Shown: positions 48,572 through 64,000 of the stretch, piece after piece
Layout: every line of letters begins with the position of its first letter
How positions within the stretch are numbered: position 1 is the first letter of the stretch
DNA from: Podarcis erhardii
Taxonomy: Eukaryota
Reading direction: 5' to 3' (one strand)
Length of the DNA: 64,000 nucleotides
Assembly (NCBI GenBank): GCA_964252035.1
Contig: OZ176207.1
The notes under the pieces: generated by a model
What the model saw: only the letters and a program-made list of their open reading frames with translations
Databases searched by the model: none
Told to the model about the DNA's origin: nothing
Program-made: the position numbers and the translations under genes

Positions 48572-48896
48572 ATATTGGTGATTGCTTTAGGAAAGGACAT
48601 CATCACCTTTTGGCTCTGCAGCAAATCAGTTATTCAAGACAGCTGTCTGGTTTATTTTTCTGGTACTCACAGAAGATGGAAACTAGAACTCATTTTGTTC
48701 TACTAGATAAATCTTTTCTTTATTGAATCTTCAATCTTTGCCAGGAATATTACCTCATCTGAACATTCTGGATGAGAAAATAGATGCAAAATGTGGTTTT
48801 AAAATTTTGTTCTAGAGTGAATTGTTCTCTCTATATGAACAGCAGTGGACTCTTAATGTACAGTGGTGGGTCTCTGGTGTAAAAAATATCAGATGG

Positions 48897-48902
48897 AATA
48901 AA
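48897..48902 (+). terminator. Candidate SLC25A32 polyadenylation signal AATAAA
   Basis: First AATAAA seen after the stop codon. Usage unknown. Confidence 0.35.
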
Positions 48903-49064
48903 TTCCCCAACAATGTTTCAGATTATTGCATATCAGTCTCTACCTGATACCTCACCATTAAATTGTGCATGTATTTATCCACAATGAATTCAGCTTTCCA
49001 AATTCTTTTATTCTCCAACTAGCAAGGATCAGTGTAATTTGAGAAGCTTCTGGATTCAGTAGTA

Positions 49065-49393
49065 CAGTGGTGTCCCGCAAGACGAACGCCTCGCAAGACG
49101 GAAAACCCGCTAGACGAAAGGGTTTTCCATTTTGGAGGCGCTTCGCAAAACGAATTTCCCTATGGGCTTGCTTCGCAAGACAAAAATGTCTTGCGAGTTC
49201 CTGCGGGTTTTTTCCCCTTTCCCCCCCCTTTTCCTAAGCTGCTAAGCCGCTTAACAGCTGATCGCTAAAAGCTGCTAAACCGCTAATAGCGCTAATCCGC
49301 TAAGCTGTCAATGGGCTTGCTTTGCAAGACGAAAAAACCGCTATACAAAGAGCCTCACGGAACGGATTAATTTCGTCTTGCGAGGCACCACTG
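49065..49393. mobile_element. MITE family B, copy 2 (329 bp)
   Basis: Near-identical to 24064-24401, TA flanks. Confidence 0.88.
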
Positions 49394-49599
49394 TATAGAA
49401 CTGGAAAAACATGTTAGTTTTGAATGCATAGTGTCTCTCAGCACACTGCAAAATGTGGAAAGTGCTAAAGTACTATGTTGTCTTTAAAGCAAAAATTTAT
49501 TGTGTTGCCTTGCTGGTATCAATGTTATATTTTGTGTCTGAATACATGTAACTTTTCTTTACAGCTTTTGAAATAGAATGTTAGAGTTCAAGCGTGTAG

Positions 49600-50900
49600 C
49601 ATCTAATGCAGGCCCAGCATCAAAACTTGTCATGGTCAGGCACCACCACCCAGAACCCTGCAACAAAGCACTGTGGAAGGGCCCATCACTGCTGGAAAGC
49701 TGTTGGATGGGCAATGAGAAGCAGTTGCTTTTGCCACCACTCCAGAGTCTGCTCCCCTTATCCATCATTCACCATCCAACAGCCATTTCACCAGTCTTCT
49801 TGCTGCTGCTGTATTGCTCCTTGCCAAACCTACCCAGCCTCTTCTGGGCAAAACATTCCAGAATCAGCAAAGTCCCTGCTGCTCTGCTTAATTCCAGTCT
49901 CTGACTGCAATGGATGCGCTTTTGGCCCTGTGGCTGAGCAGGCTTATATATGCACTCCCAATCCCCTTTATTGCTCAAACCTTGCGGAAGCTTCAGAATG
50001 AGAAAGCACAGTTGATTCTGGTGGCTTTATTTTGGCCTTGCCTTCCGTGGATTTTGGAACTCCTTCACCTGTTTATATCAGCCCCATGGCCTGGATCCAG
50101 AGTGGTTGAAACTGTTGATGTGGTTCTTGAGCAGCAAAGTCCAAAGAAATCTGGATTATCTTCAGATATTATTGATACCATCATGGCATGCTGCAGATCA
50201 TCCAATGTAAGAATCTTCCAATACACTTGAAAAGTGTTTGCCCACTGCTGCACTACCAAGAGCACTCAATGGGCTACTTTAATGTGTGTTTCCCCCAACG
50301 TGAGATCTCCATAAGGTCCTTTTCGCTTTATGATGTCCTCTTTTGGAGCCACAAAAGTCTGCACCTCTTTGGATTCTTCCCTCTTAGTTGCACTTTTATC
50401 AGCTTGCTGGGTCTTGAATGCCCCTTTCTATTAACAAACAACTGCATTTTTCATAAAAATAGTGTTTCATAGACTGACCCTTCTTTTGTACCAAAGATAA
50501 ATTCTGCCTTTCATCAAGAAGATTTGGTTTTACCTACTTTGTCCAGATCCTGTCCTGAAGTTTGATCCTGTTTTAAGGGACCTTCCAAGGGTTTCTTGGG
50601 GCTTCCCAAAGCCTGACATCCCCATTAAACGTATGTGTGCTTGTATATGCATTTTTTATGAGACTTGCGTTCCAGGAAAGTGTGCATAGGGCTGCAAGCT
50701 TAAAACTCATAGAAATAAAGGTCAAGCATGATTGAGTCAACATTTGTTTATGGTCATAGTGCTTAGTATAGTTTGCATTAGCTGGCGGTCATCTAATGAC
50801 ATTTTCTAAGTAGACTCATTAAAATCTATGGGCTCTTAACTATTCTAATGGATCAACTTTGAGTATGACTCACTGGATATCACCCATTGATCATAGAGTT
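49600..50900 (+). mobile_element. Degraded DIRS1-like tyrosine-recombinase retrotransposon fragment
   Basis: DAL...W...IYALP.PFI..TLRKL....A.LILVA.FWP..PW resembles the DIRS RT/RH C-terminal domain. It is followed by GLSSDIIDTIMA...IFQYT*KVF and DPSFVPKINSAFHQ, which resemble the YR ORF. Boundaries approximate. Confidence 0.55.
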
Positions 50901-51355
50901 CTGCATGCCATTACTAAGAGAAACTGAATTTTTAACGTGCAAATAGAAGGAGAAACCTCAAAATGAATGTGTAGATCAAAGGTGGTGGTCGTTATTCGGA
51001 ACTCTGTAAGTAATTATAACTTAACTAGTTTATGAGAAAAATGAAAAGTCAATTGGTTTTTTAGATGCGGCTTTCTGGAACACCACCACCACCCCATGTC
51101 ACAGGCAAACTGCCTTTGAAATCGAAGAGAATTTCAAAAGTGTTCGATGGGATATGCACATCAGCAGTTCAAAGTCTACAGTTATGCTAGCACAAGCCCC
51201 ATGGATTCCAGTCTATAAATTCTGATAAGATACAGCCAGTGTATAAAGCACTTTTACACATATCCAGTTTAAATCCTTGGCGAATTAGAAATAGTTAAAA
51301 TGGTGCTTGGATAGAAATTACTGGTTTTTTTTATCCAGATGGGCTTTGTATAAGT

Positions 51356-51602
51356 AGAAGAAGAAGAAGAAGAGTTTGGATTTGATATCCCGCCTTTCAC
51401 TCCCCTTCAGGAGTCTCAAAGCGGCTAACATTCTCCTTTCCCTTCCTCCCCCACAACAAACACTCTGTGAGGTGAGTGGGGCTGAGAGACTTCACAGAAG
51501 TGTGACTGGCCCAAGGTCACCCAGCAGCTGCATGTGGAGGAGCGGAGACGCGAACCCGGTTCCCCAGATTAGGAGACTACCGCTCTTAACCACTACACCA
51601 CA
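51356..51602 (-). mobile_element. Squam3-like SINE, copy 2
   Basis: Similar to 11535-11772, with (CTT)n tail. Confidence 0.8.
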
Positions 51603-52970
51603 TGAGTGGCTTTGACTAGTGGCCCTGCCTCTTCCTCAGATGGTATGGGGAAAGCTAGCCTGGAAGTGGGGGCAGGCAGCTTGATTTACCCTCCTTGCAG
51701 TGGCTGGGAAGCACTGTGCTCCAGCTGCTGGTTGTCTTGAGAGTACAGAAGCAATGGGAAAGGGTGCTGTGGCCCCAACCATTGGCCCAAGGAACATAAG
51801 CCACCAGTATACCAAATCAAGCAAAAGCATCAGTAATGGAAGATTAGCCTGGCCTCAGCTGGATACACATGCCAACTGTTGCTTCACTGTTCCATTATCA
51901 CCCTGAATAACTAATCCTCTATATTCGCCTACTTACCTTCATTTTGCATATTGCCTTTTTGATTTGTAAAACTCATGTCTGGGCCTCTCATTTTTTAAAT
52001 TGATGCGAGTCTCATGAGGAGACCATGCTTGTCTGAAAAGTGAGGAGATACGGCATGGTTTTAACTATGGAAAGTTATCATACAAAAAAAATATATGAAA
52101 GTAGGTATCCCCAAATGGCGGAAAGGTCCCTGCATGCGAGGGAAATGCTACATGGTATACATTCAGCTTATTTTTGTAGTTTTATTTAATGTTTAAGTTG
52201 GAACAAAAGGGCAAGAGAAATTCTGAAAGCCTTGTGTATGAATTTCCTTGTAATCGTAGGTTATTTAGTTTCATTCTTTAATCCGAGTAGTACATAATGT
52301 ACTTGAACCCCCAACAAATTAGACATGGGTTGATTAAAAACGTGTCCAGAAAACCCATTTTCAATGCCTAAGAATACTTGGCAAATGAGGATAGTATGTA
52401 TCTATCTTGCATGCATATTCCACATTGCTTCCTGAGCATGTCATATAGAGCCATCTATGACGATGCTGTACTTGCAAAGTCTCACCTGAACTCACCTGCA
52501 ATGCTTTTGATATTAAAGATAGTTCTTTGAGAGGGTGACATGTATTTGTGAGATTTATTGGTGCCGCTAACTCAGCTTGACCTTCTATTTCGCTTAAAGC
52601 AAAAGTTCCATGTATTATTTCAGCTTGCATGGGCTGAGCTCCTATGTGAGTAATCACTGCCATTCACTACACTGCAGGTTGAAGTTTTGCATACAGAAAG
52701 GAATGAACCGATGGCCTTGCCCTGCCTTGAAAAAGGAAGAGTGTGCAAATGCTTATCAGAGCCCCTAAGCCTGAAGTAACTATTTTATAGAAAGCAATCA
52801 GAATTCAATATATTAACATTACAAGTGGTTTTTCACCCACACCCCTTTCAATGCAAAGTTGGTGAGATTTTAATTAAAACTGTACTGATTTGTAGTAGTA
52901 GGCGTGAGCAAATTCTGTTTGATAACAAAAATTAAAATTCCTTTCATTTGGCTATTTCTAAAAGATTGTC

Positions 52971-52976
52971 TTTATT
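52971..52976 (-). terminator. Candidate CTHRC1 polyadenylation signal AATAAA
   Basis: TTTATT on +, about 250 nt after the stop codon. Confidence 0.5.
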
Positions 52977-53223
52977 AACAAATGTAAGAATTGTCTACAA
53001 ATTGTACAAAAGTAGTACATAAATCCAGAAAGTGTAGAAACCCATAAACTATACTTTAAAAAAAGAGAAATCCTTTGGTTACAGATATTTTCTGTAGAAC
53101 AAGCTTGTGCGTTATAGTCAAGTACTTTGATAACATAGAAAACTATATATTTAAAGCATGGAGTTAATATGTAAGGTATGAAATATAAGTGGTCAAAGGG
53201 GGGAGAGAATCTTTGAAAGAGCT

Positions 53224-58352
<5,129 letters not shown>

Positions 58353-59079
58353 GGCGCTGGCGGAGCGAGGCGCGGATGAATCGGGCAGTGTCTGCGCCGC
58401 GCATAAGCGAGCCTTTCAGTCCCTCCTCGGGGGGGGGGGGCGGCCAGGAATGCGCAGCCCGCAGCAGCAGCGTCCGCCCGGCTAAGCGGAGGGGGAGAGG
58501 GAGAGGGAGAGGGGTGGGCGGAGAAGGCAGGGGGTCTCTCCCCCCCCCCAGCCACGTGCGGACGGAGGCAGGAAAAGGGGATGGGGTGGGATGGAGGGAG
58601 CGCGCCGCACAGTCGAGGGGAGAAGGCAACTTCTGCGCCTCTCGACAGCGGCGCCGCTTTCCCGGCGCTGGCAAAGACTGGCCGCTGGGGGGCGCCCGGC
58701 TCGACTGCCCCGCCGCCGGATCTCCCTCGTCTGCTTGGATGCAAGCCAGGCGAGGAAAACGCCGCCGCTTCTTTGTCCGGAATCCGCCTGCGGAGAGAGG
58801 GCGGGCTTGCATTTCCAGATGCAACGCTCTTGGCTTTGCGAGAGGAGCCCGGCCCACGCAGGCTTCCTTAGCACGAAAGAGAGAGTTGCCTGCTGATATC
58901 CCCCTTTGCGTTACCAACAGATAACCATTACAAAGGGAGGGGGGGTGGAATGTTTTGATTTCTCCATTGCTATAAATACTCACATGCAATACATTGCCTT
59001 GTGGTTGCGCGTTTTGGTTGGTGGCTGCACAGAGTGATGATGCAGGGTTAAAAGTTGTTGCAAACGAAATCCCTGATCT

Positions 59080-59900
59080 GGACGTTGTGTAGAGTAGACA
59101 TTGGGCTGCACCTCCCTCCTACCATTTACTGGTATTCTGTAATCACCAGGTTGGGCACTGCTTTCCTTCTGGGTGAAGACAGAGGCAAAGTGGGTGTTGA
59201 AAAGTTCCCTCTTCTCTGTAACCCAATAGCATTTCTCAATCTTCTCAAGAGACCTTTTGTTGTTGTTGTTTGGTCGTGTCCAACTCTTCATGACCCCATG
59301 GACCAGAGCACGCCAGGCACTCCTGTCTTCCACTGCCTCCCGCAGTTTGGTCAAACTCATGCTGGTAGCTTTGAGAACACCATCCAACCACCTCATCCTC
59401 TGTTGTCCCCTTCTCCTTGGGCCCTCCATCTTTCCCAACATCAGGGTCTTTTCCAGAGAGTCTTCTCTTCTCATGAGGCGGCCAAAGTATTGGAGCCTCA
59501 GCTTCAGGATCTGTCCTTCCAGTGAGCACTCAGGGCTGATTTCCTTAAGAATGGATAGGTTTGATCTTCTAGCAGTCCATGGGACTCTCAAGAGTCTCCT
59601 CCAGCACCATAATTCAAAAGCAACCTACTATTTGCTTATTCTTCCTCTTGCCTCAAACGTAGCCAAAAATAAACTTAAAAATTATTCTCTTGCAAGCCTG
59701 AGTTTATCCAAGCTTTCGCCCTCCTTCTCTGTGGAGCTGTCGACTACTCTTCCATCATGATTTCTCCTTTCTTCCCTTTCTTGTGCATTCTCTTCTTATA
59801 TCTCAGCTCATCTGTAAGCTCCTTATGCAGCCACACTGATATCTTTTGAGTGTCTCCTTACTTTTCCATCAGCATTTGCGCCTTCAACACCTCACCTTTA
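59080..59900 (-). mobile_element. Degraded CR1 LINE ORF2 fragment split by a BovB insertion
   Basis: WLHKELTDELRYKKRMHKK (right part) and ELFNTHFASVFTQKE (left part) match the CR1 EN-RT linker. Confidence 0.55.
59256..59622 (-). mobile_element. BovB (RTE) LINE 3' fragment
   Basis: [37 protein letters not shown]...RWLDG...WRALVHGV, (CAA)n tail. Confidence 0.88.
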
Positions 59901-60019
59901 AGAATAAGATGGCTTCCACCGTACAAAAGTCAAAATCAGCAGAACTGGCAAAGGGCAAAATCATAGTTAGAGCAGGAAGAAACAAATGTCAGACAAAAAA
60001 TTCTTCTTCATATAACATA

Positions 60020-60110
60020 CAGTTAAACAACGGAACTCACTCCCACAAGATGTAGTGATGGGGACCAACTTGGATGGCTTAAAATGAGGGTTGGACAAAT
60101 TCATGGAATG
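60020..60110 (+). mobile_element. CR1 3' end fragment
   Basis: NSLPQDVVMGTNLDGL...GLDKFME. Confidence 0.6.
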
Positions 60111-60266
60111 GTTACGTGTCATGTACTACATCCACATTTGGAGGAATCATGCTGGAGTTGTTTGAATATTTATCTTTTCCATTGGAAGGTTACACTTCCT
60201 CTGCAGCTATTTTAAGACACAAAGCTACAACAATATCTAACGGCAATTATTTCTGACAATTATTTT

Positions 60267-60509
60267 AAACTGGGTTAAGTGTATGAGATAAACTTTAAGA
60301 AAAGATAAGAAATATTTAAGGGACGAGAGAAATAACTTGCTGAGATAATCAACGAAATTGGAATGTGGGAGGGAGGGTGCGGGGAAGTCAATGAAAGAAG
60401 GTAATGAAAGTAAGGTGATGAAGTTATGCATGGTTTGTTTTGTCTTTATATGTTTGTTTGTTTGTTAAAAAATTTAAAAACCCAATAAAAATTTATATAA
60501 AAAAAAAAA
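60267..60509 (+). mobile_element. L1-type 3'UTR fragment with 19-bp TSD and poly(A)
   Basis: TATTTCTGACAATTATTTT at 60248-60266 and 60510-60528. AATAAA then an A-run. Confidence 0.75.
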
Positions 60510-63500
60510 TATTTCTGACAATTATTTTCTCGTACAGTATTTAGATATGGATGTGGGACCAAAGAGGTAGCCAAAAGACAGTTCCATTCCCCCCACAACT
60601 AACTCCAGCCAAAACCAGCCCTGCTCTGAATCACCACCTCATGCCTAGTTAGGAAACCAGCACTGAGTTAGGAACCCTGACCAAATAATGAAGTAACTTG
60701 GCCACTTTGGGGATTGTAGATTCTACGACTCTTTATCACTGCTTTGATGGCAATCCCCACACACTCCTACTTTTTGTTACAATTGTTAAAATGGCCAATA
60801 TATATAATATATATCGTCATTTGTGAGCTCTCTGGCATTACTCCAGTTAATTGCTGGCAAATGCCCGTGGTTCTGAGTCAGAGACAAGGCATTTAATTGC
60901 TTGCCAGGAAGCTGAACTTCACTGTACACATTTATCTTTGTTACTGAGAAGGCTTGCTGGGACCTGCCCACTTGCCATTAAAGCCACTGACACAATCCAT
61001 CTGGAAATATTTAAACCCTATGCACATAAATGCATAGTGCATGACTTACAAGGGAAATGCCCTGCAGCTTCAATCTATAGAAACTGTTTTACCAAACACT
61101 GTAGTGGAACACACATATGCATACACATATAAACATTTGTATAAAGAAAGGTAGGCTGTGATTCATCTCTATGTGTATCTTAACAAGCTTTGTTCCTGAC
61201 TCCAGGGACGTCTGTATTGCTTATTTGTATTATTTTCCATTAAAATGTTTATATTCAGCTTTCCCATCTGAACAGTGGGGCACTCAGCTAAACAAATTAA
61301 AAAATGCAATTTTGAATTGCAGTTTTGAACATTAATCTGGGTAAATCAGTCATACCCAGAATGAGTTCCCATAGCATGTAAACCATGGTTCGTCATTACA
61401 TTATAAATGGGCCTAATTACAAGTCAGTATGATATTAGGATTCAATAGGATATTAGAAGTCTTCCTGCAAACGATTCAAGGTGCACATCACTGTTATTCA
61501 GTTACCATAAAATCACACAACAGCTGCTTTTAGGAATTATGATTTGAACTGTACACATAAGAGGCTCCAACCTTACTTACAGTGATTCCCCTCACTTATA
61601 GTACTGTCATAGGCCAGATCAGCTTCTTTTCAGCTTCAACCTTCAGCAAGTTATTAGTTCTAAGAAGCCCAGCTGTAGAGAACAGACATGCATCAGTATA
61701 TCAATGTTTGCATAAATGCTGGAAGTTGGTTTCCTTTACATTTCTATATTGACTTAGGCAAGAAGAAGAAAAATGTTGCTCTCTCCTCTTCCATGGGTAT
61801 ATCAAATTAATAAAGCTCAAACAGTGTTAAGTACAGATCAGAAATCCCATTATGTACAGAATTACCCTCACCCAAAAAGATTCAGATTAATAAGGTGGAA
61901 GATTCTTATGAGTACCCAGCTTTCTTGCATTTCAAAAAGTATAAGAAAACAGGAACAGAATCATAATGAAGAGAAACAAAAATGCAATAGGAGGATTTCA
62001 CACCATAAAGCTCCTGTAAGCCATGTTGCATTTGATGCCAAATTCTCACTTTTGTTTTGTGGGGTTTTGCATGTGAATACTGCATGTGAATACTGGCAAG
62101 AGTTTTGCTCAAACAAAAAGCAGCCCAGCTTTTTCAAAGCACCACTGAGCACAGCACCCAGTGGCAGCTGATGGATGCTCAGTTTTCCTGTGATGTGGCA
62201 TTTTAATGAGATGCTCCAGTGAGAGTGGGTGGTCAGACTTCAAAGAGAAATCTTATGCTGCATCCCATTTGGCCGCTTCACTTTCAGTCTTTTGCAGAAA
62301 GCTAAGCTTACCTCTCTCATTCTGCTGAAGCAGCTGAATTGGAAGGAAAGTCTAGATGAAACTTCATACCGTTGGCTGAAAGAGTCTGGGTGGAAGGGGA
62401 AAGGGGGGCCCTGCACTTTGCTTTGAAACAGGTCACAACATTTCAAACAGAAGCACAACCAACATCCTCTGCTGCCTCCTGCTCTTTGCTGGTGGCTACG
62501 GTTATGTTTTAAAGAGGTGCTGCAAAGAAGAAACATTATAATTATTTCTCTTACCAGAAGATGTTTACACAGACTTGAAATACCAACAAACATGGGGCTG
62601 TAGCCAACAAAATCACTGTGTGCACAGAAGAACTTCTGTGAGTGCGGCCGAACTTCCCTTCCTTCTTCCCCCTCACTCTGCCGCAATGCCCACAAATCTG
62701 TTTGGGGAGGGGAGAGGTTGAGGAGAAACCCAGAGCAGATTTGGGGGCAGTGGGTGGGGGAGGTAATAGAAATTCGATTGCATTCGCACAAGTCGTTCCC
62801 TGAACCCATCGATTCAGTGGGATACAACCCATGGTTTACTGGTGGTATTTTTCTGCTTTGAACTTTGCATAGCACTATCATTATGGAAAGCTTGTTGAAT
62901 ACAGCATCTTACAGCAATGAATAAAGCAAATTCAGTATTATAAAGTTCAGTGCACTTTGAGTGCTAAGAATCCTAATGCAGTTTTATCAGTAAACAAATG
63001 TTCATTTGGGGTACTTTGTCAAGTTCTGATTATGCCACATGGGGAATAGTGCAGAAAATGGCAATTAAAATTGCTGGGGCAGCAATGAAATGTGTTCTGA
63101 CTGGGAAGGTGGGAGTCATGCCCTGGGGGGCTGGCTGCTTGCCAAAATGCTACCGCAGCATGTTGCTCTACGTATGTGCAGTCATACAGGTTCTGAGCTT
63201 GCAGAACTTGTGTGACTGCAGAGAGTTCTCAAAGCAGTGTAGGAAAGGGAATTAAAATTTATCAGGGTTGAAGTGGAATATGTTCTCTGCAAAAAGTGGC
63301 ATAAAAGTAGCCACTTTAAATTTTGTTCCTCCCCCCCCCAAAAAAAAAGTATAAGGAAGGCAAATATGACAGAAATTTATAAGATTAGTGATGGTGCACA
63401 TGAACAGAAAGTCATGAAATGAAACTTATTGGCAAAATAATAATGAATGTTCAGAGAGTATAAATAACACATGGAACTCTTTCTATCATAGGAGCCAACT

Positions 63501-63602
63501 CCTTCACCCCCCAATAAAATAACTGAGGAGGCTGCCCCCCAAAAGCGTTGATGGGCATTGCCATTCAAATGGTGCTCATGCACTGCATCTTGTGAACGAG
63601 TA

Positions 63603-63828
63603 CAGTGGTACCTCGGGTTACATACGCTTCAGGTTACAGTCTCTGCCAACCCAGAAATAGTACCTCGGGTTAAGAACTTTGCTTCAGGATGAGAACAGAA
63701 ATTGTGCTCCGGTGGCGCGGCAGCAGCAGGAAGCCCCATTAGCTAAAGTGGTACTTCAGGTTAAGAACAGTTTCAGGTTAAGAACGGACCTCCGGAACAA
63801 ATTAAGTACTTAACCGGAGATAACACTG
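63603..63828. mobile_element. 226-bp MITE, family A, copy 4
   Basis: TIRs (right one with substitutions) and TA flanks. Confidence 0.88.
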
Positions 63829-64000
63829 TATGTGGGGCAGGGCTTACCTGCCTCCCAAAATTTTATTGAAGTTGGTACTCATGCTTGCCACAAAATGGTG
63901 ACTAGGTCTATCAATGGCTACTAGTGATGGTAGCAAAATCTGGATCTTCCAATTCAGATGGCAGTATATCATAACACAAGCTGGAGAGAAATAGCGCAAC

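Noticed and set aside
52361-52663. 100-aa ORF downstream of CTHRC1
   Set aside because: No recognisable homology or splice context. Length is compatible with chance.
58980-59591. 203-aa ORF as a single gene
   Set aside because: Chimera of the BovB ORF end read through its (CAA)n tail into a CR1 fragment.
60600-64000. FZD6 3' exons expected from synteny
   Set aside because: No Frizzled-like coding sequence recognised. The gene probably lies beyond the window.

Overview
Vertebrate genomic DNA, inferred to be a squamate and probably a lacertid lizard (Sauria SINE, Squam3-like SINEs, BovB, TA-targeting MITEs). The window matches the conserved RIMS2-DCAF13-SLC25A32-CTHRC1 synteny block. It holds RIMS2 coding exon 1 (-, 59-228) with its CpG island, the complete 11-exon DCAF13 (-, 445 aa), the complete 7-exon SLC25A32 (+) head-to-head with DCAF13, and the complete 4-exon CTHRC1 (-, 245 aa). 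All exon boundaries were read as GT-AG with consistent phases. Repeats are abundant: a young 5'-truncated L1 with an unbroken RT-to-stop frame and TSD, L1/L2/CR1/RTE fragments, a DIRS relic, three MITE families and SINEs. The most notable features are Penelope-like element (PLE) insertions of two families. They carry minimal type I hammerhead ribozyme motifs, and three of them form fold-back palindromes: 94-bp arms with a 3-nt loop, 219-bp arms with a 74-nt spacer, and 804-bp arms with a 9-nt loop inside DCAF13 intron 3. The SLC25A32 start-codon region also looks frame-shifted relative to the mammalian start. Family names come from recalled motifs, not database searches.
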